Of a stretch of DNA of 64,000 nt, positions 10,039 to 19,930 are shown piece after piece; positions within the stretch are counted from its first letter, which is position 1; each line of letters begins with the position of its first letter. The position numbers were made by a program, and so were the translations under genes. The DNA comes from a virus (Duplodnaviria; Caudoviricetes): positions 119,209-183,208 of the IMG/VR virus record IMGVR_UViG_3300029288_007102, one strand, 5' to 3'. The notes beneath the pieces are model-generated. The model was not told where the DNA came from and made no database searches. It worked only from the letters and a program-made list of their open reading frames with translations.

Positions 10039-11373
10039 TTGGAGCTTATATTAGGAGATTGTCTGGAAGAGCTTAAGAAGTTGCCAGAAAATAGTATTGA
10101 TGCGATAGTTACAGATCCTCCTGCTGGAATTTCGTTCATGTCTGCTGACTGGGATCACAATAAGGGGGGGAGGGATCAATGGGTAAAATGGTTGAGGGAA
10201 GTTATGGGGGAGGCGAGGAGGACATTAAAGCCTGGTGGACACGCTTTGGTTTGGGCCTTGCCTCGGACTTCCCATTGGACGGCTCTTGCTTTAGAGGATG
10301 CTGGCTTTGAGATAAGAGATTGTATTTATCATATTTTTGGCTCGGGGTTCCCTAAAAATTTAGATCTAGGGAAAGCGGTAGATAAACTCCAAGGGAATAA
10401 GAGGGAAGTTGTTGGCCGGAATCCTAATAGCCGGGAAAACTGTGATAAGACTAATACGATTTATGAAAGTGGGACTGTAGGTAAAACAGATTTTATAACT
10501 AAAGGATCTTCTGAGTGGGAGGGTTGGGGGACAGCACTCAAGCCTGCGGTAGAGTGTTGGTGGCTTGTTAGAAATCCGATCTCAGAGAAAACCATAGTGG
10601 AGAATGTTTTGAAGTGGGGCGTTGGCGGTTTGGCTATTGATAACTGCCGGGTAGGTCTGGAGGGGGAGAAACAGCCGAAAGGTAGTGCTAAAAGGGTCTA
10701 TGAATCTAATCAGTGGGCAAAAGAAAAGAAGTATGGAGATAATACAACTACCCCGGAAGCAGGAAGATTCCCGGCAAACCTTGTCCTTGAATGTATTTGT
10801 AATGAGGTAATAACTGAACCGACAGAAATAAAAGAACCGGAAGAAGTATCTGGTGGGATTTTCTCTCCGTCAACAGGGAAGCCAGCTGGGCGAACTTATA
10901 AAGGGGGAAGACAGATTCACACTAATCCAGAGTGTCCGTGTTATATGTTGGATAGGCAAAGTGGGTTATTAAAAAGCGGGATAATGAAGGCGGGGCAGAA
11001 AAGAAAGAAGAGTCTCGGTCTTGGTGGGTATCACGATCATATGCCTGACGAAGCTTCTGCTGAAGGTACTTATGGGGATTCAGGTGGTGCCTCTCGGTTC
11101 TTTTATCAAGCTAAAGCCTCCCGATCTGAAAAGAATGAGGGGTGTGGAGAGAACAAACATCCTTCTGTTAAATCAGTTTCTTTGATGGAGTTCCTGGTTA
11201 AACTAATTACTAGGGAGGGACAAGTGGTGTTAGATCCTTTTGCGGGTACATTTACTACGGGGGTTGCTTGTGTGAATTTGTGGCGAGATTTTGTTGGGAT
11301 AGAAAAAGAGGTAGAGTATTTTAAGATAGGGGAAGCGAGAATGGTAAATGCTATAAACAAAAAAGATTTATAA
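10039..11373 (+). CDS. DNA methyltransferase (N6A/N4C, beta class)
   Basis: LILGDCLE, IVTDPPA (motif IV variant), GRFPAN, HPSVKS, VLDPFAGTFTT (motif I). Confidence 0.88.
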   Translation: MELILGDCLEELKKLPENSIDAIVTDPPAGISFMSADWDHNKGGRDQWVKWLREVMGEARRTLKPGGHALVWALPRTSHWTALALEDAGFEIRDCIYHIFGSGFPKNLDLGKAVDKLQGNKREVVGRNPNSRENCDKTNTIYESGTVGKTDFITKGSSEWEGWGTALKPAVECWWLVRNPISEKTIVENVLKWGVGGLAIDNCRVGLEGEKQPKGSAKRVYESNQWAKEKKYGDNTTTPEAGRFPANLVLECICNEVITEPTEIKEPEEVSGGIFSPSTGKPAGRTYKGGRQIHTNPECPCYMLDRQSGLLKSGIMKAGQKRKKSLGLGGYHDHMPDEASAEGTYGDSGGASRFFYQAKASRSEKNEGCGENKHPSVKSVSLMEFLVKLITREGQVVLDPFAGTFTTGVACVNLWRDFVGIEKEVEYFKIGEARMVNAINKKDL

Positions 11374-11396
11374 TTGATGCTTGGCGTGGGGGTAAA

Positions 11397-11798
11397 ATGA
11401 AGGAGTATAAGGTCTATGATAGTTGTTTTGGTCGAAGTTATGATGCGAACATTAAGGAGTGTAAGAATTGTGAGGTGACAGAGGAATGTAAGTTAAGGCT
11501 GATTGAGTATAGTAAGAAGAGGCGGGGTGGCGGCAAAATAGAAGGTTCTTCTAACCCTTTTCGCTTAGGGACAGCGATGTATGTTTGTTATGAGAATTTA
11601 AGGCAAGGTGGGACATTTAAGACTTTAGTTTGCCGGGTTACAGAAGAATTAAAAAAGAGAAAGATAAGGTGTATAAATGTCCCAAAAAGGTTGAGGGAGG
11701 TGTTATATGAGTGTCGTCAAGGAAAGACACATAGAGGGGGAGAATTGATTTATAGTGTTGAAGATAAAATATATAAGGTTGTGGATAAAAATATTTAA
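11397..11798 (+). CDS. hypothetical protein with N-terminal 4-Cys motif and NPFR-type winged-helix-like C-terminus
   Basis: CFGRSY...CKNC...C; SNPFRLGTAMY. Confidence 0.55.
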   Translation: MKEYKVYDSCFGRSYDANIKECKNCEVTEECKLRLIEYSKKRRGGGKIEGSSNPFRLGTAMYVCYENLRQGGTFKTLVCRVTEELKKRKIRCINVPKRLREVLYECRQGKTHRGGELIYSVEDKIYKVVDKNI

Positions 11799-11807
11799 GG
11801 AGGGGCT

Positions 11808-12179
11808 ATGCCGGATTTTGTGTTTGGGCTTATCGTTGGGATTTGCAGTATAGTGATAGTGTATAGAATCTATGAAAATCATAAAGAGGCAAAGGAGGAA
11901 GAGAAGAAGTGGGAAGAGGAGAAGTTGGAGAGAAAGATCGTAGAGGTTGTGGGGAAGGCTTTACAGACGAGCAACCCTAAAATGAAGATAGAATATTTTG
12001 GAAGTCTTGGGAGAATTGAGTTTCGTTTTATTAACGAGTTTGTTTCTGCATACAATGGGCTGGTTGAGGAGTTTAAAGAGCAAGAGGAATCTTTTAATGT
12101 TTTACTTGAAGAACTTGGGTATAAAGGAATTTGGCAGAAGGATAAATTTGTATTAATACCGAGTAAAAGAAAAGAGTAA
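11808..12179 (+). CDS. single-TM hypothetical protein
   Basis: Hydrophobic N-terminus, AGGAGG RBS. Confidence 0.6.
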   Translation: MPDFVFGLIVGICSIVIVYRIYENHKEAKEEEKKWEEEKLERKIVEVVGKALQTSNPKMKIEYFGSLGRIEFRFINEFVSAYNGLVEEFKEQEESFNVLLEELGYKGIWQKDKFVLIPSKRKE

Positions 12180-12181
12180 TT

Positions 12182-15100
12182 ATGGCTGGTAAATTTTGTC
12201 ATCTTCATGTCCATACAACATTTTCTTTGCTGGATGGCCTAGGTACTCCGGCGAAGCTTGCGGAAAAGGCAAAGCAGCTGGGGTTTACTGCCCTGGCACA
12301 AACAGATCACGGCAACATTGATGGGGCGATAAAATTTTATTCTGCGATGAAGAAGCAGGGTGTAAAGCCAATCATCGGGGTAGAGCTCTATGTGGTTGAT
12401 AATCTATATGAAAAGCCGGAGAAAGAGAAACGGTATCATATGTTGGCCCTCTGCAAAAGCAACAACGGCTTTGTCAATCTTATGAAGATGTTGACCGTAT
12501 CAAATCTTGACGGATTTTATAGGAGACCCAGGATTGATATGAAACTTCTAGATCTCTATGGGGGGGATCTGATAATTCTCACTGGGTGTAGTGAGGGGAT
12601 ACTGAAACGGCCAGATGGAATTGAATTGGCAAAAAAATTAAAAAAGAAATATGGTGATGATTTTTATCTAGAGATAATGCCTCATCATTATAAACCGCAA
12701 GTGGAAATGAATAATTTTTTATATAAACTTTCTCGGGAGCTTTCTATCCCTCTGGTTTCCACCAATGATAATCATTATCTAGACAAAGAGGGCTCGGTGG
12801 TCCAGGAAGTATTGCTTGCTATACAAAATAAAGTAGAATGGAAAGATCCTAATCGATGGAAATTTAGTTTTAATGGATTATATATGAGAACTTACGAAGA
12901 GATGTTGTTGGAGTACAAGTCTCAGGGGTCTGACATCCCTTCTAGTGTTATAACTGAATCTTTGGAACGGACAATGGAAATTGCGGACAAGTGTAATGTG
13001 TCTCTGGAGAAAGAGCGGGTGGATCTGCCGCTACCTCCGGCATTGAAGGGGCAAGAAGAAATTCAAGCGTTAATGGATTTGTGTATGGAAGGGTGGAGGG
13101 AAAAATTTCCCTTGATGTCGGGAGAGGAGGAAAAGGTTTATTATGGGAGGTTGGATGAAGAGCTTCAGGCTATTATTAATTTTGGCTATACTCGGTACTT
13201 TCTACTTGTATGGGATGTCCGGCGGTGGGCAAGAGAAAAAGGCATGTTCCTCGGCTGGGGTAGGGGATCGGCTCCAAGTTCTTTTGTCTGTTATCTACTC
13301 GGAATTACAGGAGTGGACCCGATTAAGTATAAATTGTTGTTCAGTAGATTTATTGCCAAAGGGAGAATCGATCTTCCGGACATTGATCTTGATTTCCCGG
13401 ACACAAAGCGGGATCTAATTAAACAATACTTGCGGGATACTTATGGGGAGAACAATGTGGCAGCCATATCCACATTTATGTATCTGCATGGAAGATCGGC
13501 AATTAAAGATGTGGCCAGGGTCTTTGATGTGCCATTGGTAGAAGTGAATGAGTGTACGAAGGAAATAATCGACTACCCTCCCGGGGAAGATGAAGGCAGG
13601 TCAGAGATCCTGGAATCTTGTGCTCAGTTTGAGACTGTGAAAAAATTTAAGAAGAAGTATCCTCAGGTGATAAAGGTTGCGGCTGAACTTGAAGGGGAGA
13701 TTAGGAATAAAGGGATGCATGCTGCCGGGATGGTTATTTCTTCTACTCCATTGAATGAGGGCATTAAATGTGTTCTGCATAAGATGAAAGGTGAATTAGT
13801 AGTTAACTGGGATAAACATGATTTGGACAATGTTGGTTTGATAAAGTTGGATGTTTTAGGATTGAATACGTTAAGTATGTTTGAAATCTGCCTTGACTTG
13901 ATTAAGAAGAATCGTGGGGTTGATTTGGACTTATATTCTCTGAAGCCTAGAGACCAGAGAGTATTTGAGGAGTTTAGTAAAGGGGAAACGGAAGGGGTAT
14001 TCCAATTCTTAAGCACTGGGCTGTCAAAATATTGTGAGCGGATAGGAATCTCTGATATAGAGGACTTGGTGGCCCTAAATGCTTTACATAGGCCGGGTGG
14101 GCTGAAAAGCGGAACCCTTGAGTCGTATGAGGCCCTCAAGAAAGGGAAAAAGCGTCCGATATATTTATGTGAAGAGTATAAGCAGATTACAGAGGAAACT
14201 TTTGGTTTGGTGATCTATCAGGAACAGATTATGCAGATTTTCCATAGACTGGCGGGCTTTACTTGGGAGCAGGCGGATTCAATTAGAAAGATTGTGGCGA
14301 AATCCCAAGGGGAAATTGCGTTTAATAAATATAAGACTGAATTTGTTAATGGCTGTCTGGATAAGGGGACATTAAATAGGGAGCAGGCGGATGCGTTGTT
14401 TAAAACTATGGCGTTCTCTGCGGGGTATAGTTTTAATCGGAGCCATGCTGTTGTCTACACTTTGCTTGGATATTTTTGTCAGTACCTAAAAGTTTATTAC
14501 CCGGCAGAGTTTATATTGGCTTCACTGATGACTTCTGATAGCGATAAACAGATAGATTATATCCGGGAGGCACGTAGGCTGGGGATGAAAGTGGGGACTG
14601 TGGATATAAACCGATCTGGGTTGAATTGGGAAATATACGAGAATACTTTACTGCCGGGTTTTTTAATCATTAAAGGGATTGGTGACAAGGTGGCTTCCAA
14701 TATTATGGAGTACCGGAATAAGATTGGCGTGTTTACAAGTTTTGATCATTTTCTGGGTTCAGTGGAGAAGAAAGCGGTCAATAAGAAGTCGGTGGAATCC
14801 TTGGTTAAGGCTGGTGCGTTTGATAAGATGGAGACGAACCGAAACATCTTGTTTGCCAAATTGAATGGAGATCCGATAGAGAAGGTGGATCAACTTACGG
14901 AAGAGGAAAGGATGAAACAGTTGGATGAGGTTATGCCGTTTGAATTTAACCCTGACCCCTTATATATTTACCGCTCCCTCATCAAAGAGCTTGGGTCTGT
15001 GCTTTCGACTGTTAAGATAGTAGAAGCAACAAGGGCGGTAGATCGCCCTAGGTATTTTATAGGGAAGATGTTGAGTGTGGACTTCAGCCGTAAAGGGCAG

Positions 15101-15907
15101 GATGTAACTAGTGTCTATGGGGAGTTTGAAGATGAGAGTGGTTTGGCAAATCTTATATTCAGCTCTAAGGTTTATGGTCATTATAAAGAGAAGATAGAAA
15201 AACTGGCGGGTAAATATATCTTGGTGTTGGCGGGTTATTCTCCGACCAAAGGATCAATGTTGGCGGACAAGTTGTGGTTGTTGGAAGACATAGTGAATCT
15301 AAACTTTGGTAGTGATAAATTGATTTTGCCGTTGATCAAAAATACGGATTTAGATATTGATGGTTGTTCAATTTGTCGGGAGTGTAAACTTAGAAATAAC
15401 GCCAGGTCGCCAGTAGGTGTGCAGAAAGGTAAGTGGAATGTTATGATTGTTGGTGAGGCACCAGGGGCAGAGGAGGATAGGTTGGGGGTCCCATATATCG
15501 GGTCTGCCGGGAAATTATTGAATGATACTTTGGTGAAGTATGATTTGCGTAGAGAGCTTTTTTATGTTTCTAATTGTGTTAAATGTAAGCCGTTTAATGG
15601 TCCAAAAGATCCAAAGACTCCAAGTTTAGATTTGGTAAGGAAGTGTTCTGAGTTGTGGTTAGATAATGAAATTAGGGATATAGCTCCGAAGATAATTTTT
15701 GCTACAGGGAACACCCCGTTGTATTTTTTTACGGGGAAGGAAACTGGAATCTCGGACAAGAATGCAACAATGCAATGGAATAAGGAATATAATTGTTGGA
15801 TAATTTTCTCAATACACCCGGCGGCTGTGTTATATCATAGGGAAAATCAGATAATGTTCGACCAGGCGGTAAAGATGTTGGCAGAGAAAATAGCTTATTT
15901 ATTATAA
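12182..15907 (+). CDS. dnaE: DNA polymerase III alpha (DnaE) fused to C-terminal family-4 uracil-DNA glycosylase domain
   Basis: PHP HLHVHTTFSLLDG/TDHG; GRGSA, PDIDLDF, HAAG, KLDVLGL, YQEQIM, YSFNRSHA; C-terminal CREC..GEAPGAEED..G..G..L..SNCVKC..HPAA. Confidence 0.93.
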   Translation: MAGKFCHLHVHTTFSLLDGLGTPAKLAEKAKQLGFTALAQTDHGNIDGAIKFYSAMKKQGVKPIIGVELYVVDNLYEKPEKEKRYHMLALCKSNNGFVNLMKMLTVSNLDGFYRRPRIDMKLLDLYGGDLIILTGCSEGILKRPDGIELAKKLKKKYGDDFYLEIMPHHYKPQVEMNNFLYKLSRELSIPLVSTNDNHYLDKEGSVVQEVLLAIQNKVEWKDPNRWKFSFNGLYMRTYEEMLLEYKSQGSDIPSSVITESLERTMEIADKCNVSLEKERVDLPLPPALKGQEEIQALMDLCMEGWREKFPLMSGEEEKVYYGRLDEELQAIINFGYTRYFLLVWDVRRWAREKGMFLGWGRGSAPSSFVCYLLGITGVDPIKYKLLFSRFIAKGRIDLPDIDLDFPDTKRDLIKQYLRDTYGENNVAAISTFMYLHGRSAIKDVARVFDVPLVEVNECTKEIIDYPPGEDEGRSEILESCAQFETVKKFKKKYPQVIKVAAELEGEIRNKGMHAAGMVISSTPLNEGIKCVLHKMKGELVVNWDKHDLDNVGLIKLDVLGLNTLSMFEICLDLIKKNRGVDLDLYSLKPRDQRVFEEFSKGETEGVFQFLSTGLSKYCERIGISDIEDLVALNALHRPGGLKSGTLESYEALKKGKKRPIYLCEEYKQITEETFGLVIYQEQIMQIFHRLAGFTWEQADSIRKIVAKSQGEIAFNKYKTEFVNGCLDKGTLNREQADALFKTMAFSAGYSFNRSHAVVYTLLGYFCQYLKVYYPAEFILASLMTSDSDKQIDYIREARRLGMKVGTVDINRSGLNWEIYENTLLPGFLIIKGIGDKVASNIMEYRNKIGVFTSFDHFLGSVEKKAVNKKSVESLVKAGAFDKMETNRNILFAKLNGDPIEKVDQLTEEERMKQLDEVMPFEFNPDPLYIYRSLIKELGSVLSTVKIVEATRAVDRPRYFIGKMLSVDFSRKGQDVTSVYGEFEDESGLANLIFSSKVYGHYKEKIEKLAGKYILVLAGYSPTKGSMLADKLWLLEDIVNLNFGSDKLILPLIKNTDLDIDGCSICRECKLRNNARSPVGVQKGKWNVMIVGEAPGAEEDRLGVPYIGSAGKLLNDTLVKYDLRRELFYVSNCVKCKPFNGPKDPKTPSLDLVRKCSELWLDNEIRDIAPKIIFATGNTPLYFFTGKETGISDKNATMQWNKEYNCWIIFSIHPAAVLYHRENQIMFDQAVKMLAEKIAYLL

Positions 15908-15917
15908 GGGGGGTAGC

Positions 15918-16079
15918 GTGGAAGACAAGCCGAGATATAGAGTAAGATTGACGATTGAGTTGGACGATGTGGCGTTGAGAAATAAGGTTAAGAGTAAAGC
16001 CGCAGCACGTGGCTTGGGGATAAGAGAGGCAGTGATCTTGCTGTTGAAGAAGTGGGTTGCAGGTAAAATAAAAATATGA
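15918..16079 (+). CDS. small ribbon-helix-helix DNA-binding protein (not in ORF track)
   Basis: GTG-start 53 aa: RVRLTIELDDVALRNKVKSKAAARGLGIREAVILLLKKW. Confidence 0.6.
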   Translation: MEDKPRYRVRLTIELDDVALRNKVKSKAAARGLGIREAVILLLKKWVAGKIKI

Positions 16080-16097
16080 CCATAAGGGGGTGATGTA

Positions 16098-16577
16098 ATG
16101 AAGATGAGTGTCAACAAGTTTGACAAGGAACATCTGGAGGTGGAGTTTGCAATGAAGAATGGCATTGAAAAGATGGATGTGTTGGCGGAATTAAAGATTG
16201 ACAGTAATAACTTGGATGTAGAGTTAGGGCAACAGCCAAGAAGTTTTTGCTTCTATTCTACTATCCTGGCCGATGCCGAGGATGCTACAGAGAGGGCGAA
16301 GATGAATATGTCTGTAGTGGAAGCGGACTTAGATCAAAAGATAAGGGCAAAGGCGATTGCAGATAAGACTAAGGTGACGGAAGATTCTATTACCAATATA
16401 ATCAAATCTTCCAAGGAGCACATTGAGGCTAAGACTGCTTGGCTTGATTGCAAGCGTGATGAGGGTAAAATTCGGGCTTATGTGGAGGCGTGGGCTCAGA
16501 GAAAGGATATGTTGAAGGCGATAGCGGGAAGGGCAATGTATGAAAAAGATTTAAATGTAATGAAACAAAATACTTAG
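16098..16577 (+). CDS. UvsY-like recombination mediator
   Basis: Helical, LKIDSNNLDVEL..QP, KVTEDSI, AWAQRKDML; precedes SSB and RecA. Confidence 0.6.
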   Translation: MKMSVNKFDKEHLEVEFAMKNGIEKMDVLAELKIDSNNLDVELGQQPRSFCFYSTILADAEDATERAKMNMSVVEADLDQKIRAKAIADKTKVTEDSITNIIKSSKEHIEAKTAWLDCKRDEGKIRAYVEAWAQRKDMLKAIAGRAMYEKDLNVMKQNT

Positions 16578-16589
16578 AGGAGGAATGAA

Positions 16590-17522
16590 ATGGTAGACAA
16601 TAATGGAGTTGGGATGGACGATGAGATAAGGGAGGTATATGAACGGCTTAACAGGGAGAGTGATACAAATTTTTGGAAGCCGAAAGAAACAACCAAGACA
16701 TTCAAAAATATGATCCGGGTTCTGCCAGGCTGTTTTGGCAACAAGTTTTATAAAGAGATTCACTCGCATGGAGGCATAGTGGAGGGCCAGAAGTCGGTGG
16801 TGTGTCCTTTGATGACATTTAAGAGACCCTGCCCGATATGTGAATTCCGGGATAGTTTACAGAAGCAACTTGGGAAGAATGCTACCAAAGAGGATCTGGA
16901 GTTGATCAAGAACCTTAAACCTTATCGTTATTGGTATATGAACATTTTGGACCGGAACGAAGAAGGTAAAGGTATCCAGGTCTATACTGCCAACAAGACA
17001 GTGTTTAGCAAGATCCTGGAGTACTATTTTAATAATCAATGGGGTAATAAGCTTAACGATCCTAAAGAAGGGTTTGACTTGGAAGTTGTACGGCACGGTC
17101 AGGGGATGGCTTCTGATTACGATGTAGTGCCGAATAGGATGCCAAGTGTTTTGGATGAGGCTTATTTAGCTCAGGCGAAAGATCTGTCGATTTATGCCAA
17201 GGAAAAGACTTATGAAGAGTTGCAGGAGTTCTTGAGTCTTAGTTCTGGTGAGCCTTCAGCTGAGGCTAATCCTCCTGCGAACGGGAAGGATGAAGCTAGC
17301 CCTTCTAAGCCAAGATGTTTTGGCCAGTATGCAGAGGGTGATCGGTTCTGTGCCCAATGTGGTGTTAAGTTAGAATGCAAACCCCCTAACAAGGAACCTG
17401 TAGCAAAGGAGCCTGCTCAGGCGAAGGAAGCTCCGGTGGATGCTGCTAAGACTGACTCTGCTGTAGAGGAAACAAGAGCAAAATTGATGGAGAAGTATAA
17501 ACAGATGAAGAAAGGAAAATAG
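16590..17522 (+). CDS. single-stranded DNA-binding protein (gp32-like)
   Basis: FWKP, IRVLP, H..C..CPIC Zn site, DPKEGFDL..YDV. Confidence 0.75.
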   Translation: MVDNNGVGMDDEIREVYERLNRESDTNFWKPKETTKTFKNMIRVLPGCFGNKFYKEIHSHGGIVEGQKSVVCPLMTFKRPCPICEFRDSLQKQLGKNATKEDLELIKNLKPYRYWYMNILDRNEEGKGIQVYTANKTVFSKILEYYFNNQWGNKLNDPKEGFDLEVVRHGQGMASDYDVVPNRMPSVLDEAYLAQAKDLSIYAKEKTYEELQEFLSLSSGEPSAEANPPANGKDEASPSKPRCFGQYAEGDRFCAQCGVKLECKPPNKEPVAKEPAQAKEAPVDAAKTDSAVEETRAKLMEKYKQMKKGK

Positions 17523-17523
17523 T

Positions 17524-18576
17524 ATGGTAAAAAAAGCAGATCTGCCTGAGGGGAAGAAGAATATGGATCCTTTAGCTGCCTCCATTGTTAATGCTGTCAG
17601 TAAGAAGTATGGTGATGGAGTTGTATTTATGGCAGACGAAGCGGATGCCCCTTATAAGATTTCAGCTTTTATTCCTACCGGGAATATTGTGTTAGATAAG
17701 ATTTGTGGTGGCGGGATCCCGGTAGGAAGGATTACTGAGATTTATGGGGATTTCAGTACAGGAAAGTCGGCGTTGGCTTACAAGATTCTGGCTAATACGC
17801 AGAAGATGGGTGGGGTGGCAATCTTATTTGATACAGAGATGGCCTATGATGCGGAGTGGGCGGAAAGAGTTTTTGGCCTGGACCCACATAATCTTATACC
17901 AATGATGGTTGATACCATTGAAGAGTTTGCTGAGCTGGTTAGTTTCACCATAGAAGACGCTAAAGCGAAAAGAGATGGTAGGATAATAACTATAGTCTTG
18001 GACAGTGTAGCGGCGACCAGCTTCAAAACAGAGATGGACGGTACTAGGGCCAGTGAAATGGGGAAGAGAGGCGGTCTTTGGTCTGAATGGCTGAGAAAGA
18101 ATAGCCGGATGATAGCCAAAGAGAAGGTTGCTTTGGTTTTCATTAATCAAATAAGAGATAAGATGAACGTGATGTATGGTGCTAAAACGGACACGCCTGG
18201 TGGACACGCAATTAAATTTCACTCCTCTATCCGTTTGAAGATGAAGAATGTGGAAGACATTAAGGATGAAAAGACGAAGGAAGTGATCGGGGCAAGGATT
18301 GAGTTATTTACGGAGAAGAATAAGATTGCCCCTCCTTCTAAGACTGCCACGTTTGTATTAGATTTTGAGAAAGGGATCGGATTGTATGATGGGCTGTTGG
18401 ATTATTTATGTAATCGTGGGGTGATTCAACAGGCTGGTGGATGGTACAACTATGGTACTAAGAAGAAATTTAGAAGCTCCGATTTTGAGGAAGTTCTTAA
18501 GGAGTTCCCTGAGCTTTTGGATTTAACCCAGAAAGCAACCGAAAGCGAGTTGAAGAATGAGGAGCCTACTTCTTGA
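17524..18576 (+). CDS. recA: RecA/UvsX recombinase
   Basis: GGIPVGRITEIYGDFSTGKS, LDSVAA, FINQIRDK, TPGGHAIKFHSS, KNKIAPP. Confidence 0.93.
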   Translation: MVKKADLPEGKKNMDPLAASIVNAVSKKYGDGVVFMADEADAPYKISAFIPTGNIVLDKICGGGIPVGRITEIYGDFSTGKSALAYKILANTQKMGGVAILFDTEMAYDAEWAERVFGLDPHNLIPMMVDTIEEFAELVSFTIEDAKAKRDGRIITIVLDSVAATSFKTEMDGTRASEMGKRGGLWSEWLRKNSRMIAKEKVALVFINQIRDKMNVMYGAKTDTPGGHAIKFHSSIRLKMKNVEDIKDEKTKEVIGARIELFTEKNKIAPPSKTATFVLDFEKGIGLYDGLLDYLCNRGVIQQAGGWYNYGTKKKFRSSDFEEVLKEFPELLDLTQKATESELKNEEPTS

Positions 18577-19930
18577 CGGCAATAATCTGGTGATGAGGCA
18601 TTTTCACCAACATCTTCTTATGGATCCTGAGGGACGGAATATCTCTGGAGTGTTTGGCTTTTTGAAGAGTTTGAGGAAGTTGGTCAAACAGTTCAGGCCG
18701 GATATTATCTATGTATGTTGGGATAGCGGTAGATCTCCCAGGAGAAAGAAGATTTACCCTGATTATAAGAAGCGGGATTTTGATGAGAATCAAAAATTGC
18801 AATATGAGGATGTCGTAAGACAGATGGGTATGCTTTACGACATCCTCAAGTTCTTCCCGGTGGTTCAGTTGAAAGCTAGTAATCCGGTTGAAGCTGATGA
18901 TATTATCGCTACCTTAAGCTTGGTTCTTGAAGGAGAAAAGACAATTGTTTCTGCGGATAAAGATTTCTATCAGTTGGTGGGAAAAGATGTTATGGTCTAT
19001 AGTCCAACTAAAGATGTTGTTGTTGAAGAGCACAATTTCCGGGAACAGGTTGGTATTGCTCGGGATCTGTTTTTAACTATGCGGATGTTGATGGGAGATA
19101 ATTCGGATAATATACCGGGGTATGAAGGTGTTGGGGAGAAGACGGCAACTGATATTTTGGTCAATTATGGCGGTCTGGATAGGATTTTAGAAGCAGAGGC
19201 AGAGCTGTGTAAGTCTAGACGGTACAAGAAGATCTTTGAGGATATTGATTTATTGGAGAGGAATAGGCAATTGATGGATTTGCGGTTGGCGGTTGACGAT
19301 GTGGGAGAAGAAGTTATGGGAATTTTAGCGAATTATACGCCGGGGATTTTGATGTATACGAAAGAGTTGATTCAACAGGAAACGTTTAATCATGGCTTTA
19401 AGTCGATCTTTATGGAGTTTGGTGATTGGATCCTGCCTTTTGAGGGATTGTCTACAGAAGTAAAACTTGGGGGGCTGACGATGAAGCAGGGAATTGAATG
19501 GCAAGTATGTAATTTAGAGCTATCCAAACGCTTATGCGAATTAGGCGTGAAGCAGGAGAGTATGTTTTGGTGGTGTGAATTTACTAAGAAAAACGAAACT
19601 AATTATACAGACCGAGTTATTACCAACAAAGAATATCAACATAGAATAGATGGGTTGCAAAGGGGAGATGGAGTAGAGTTTCATAAACATCAAGGAGTTA
19701 AATACTACTCCGCCTTCACGGTCGCCGAACTTGGGGCAATGCTGCCAGAGGGTTATGGAAGCATAAAAACTCTACACCGTACATATAGATGTGGAACTAT
19801 GGTTGGCGAAAAATTTAGAGAAGCACCATTGCAAAAACAATATCCAGAGGCCGACACTGAAGCTGATTGTAGAGCTGAAATGTTGATATATCTAATAGAG
19901 AATAAATTAGTGGGGGTTAACAAATGTTAA
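18557..19930 (+). CDS. 5'-3' exonuclease/flap endonuclease (T4 RNase H/PolI-N-like) with an extra C-terminal domain
   Basis: LLLDGNN, WDSG, EADDII, SADKDFYQL, GDNSDNIPG..GVGEKTA. Confidence 0.88.
   Translation: MRSLLLDGNNLVMRHFHQHLLMDPEGRNISGVFGFLKSLRKLVKQFRPDIIYVCWDSGRSPRRKKIYPDYKKRDFDENQKLQYEDVVRQMGMLYDILKFFPVVQLKASNPVEADDIIATLSLVLEGEKTIVSADKDFYQLVGKDVMVYSPTKDVVVEEHNFREQVGIARDLFLTMRMLMGDNSDNIPGYEGVGEKTATDILVNYGGLDRILEAEAELCKSRRYKKIFEDIDLLERNRQLMDLRLAVDDVGEEVMGILANYTPGILMYTKELIQQETFNHGFKSIFMEFGDWILPFEGLSTEVKLGGLTMKQGIEWQVCNLELSKRLCELGVKQESMFWWCEFTKKNETNYTDRVITNKEYQHRIDGLQRGDGVEFHKHQGVKYYSAFTVAELGAMLPEGYGSIKTLHRTYRCGTMVGEKFREAPLQKQYPEADTEADCRAEMLIYLIENKLVGVNKC

Noticed and set aside
11780-11788. 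Second DnaA box
   Set aside because: Single copy inside a CDS, compatible with chance
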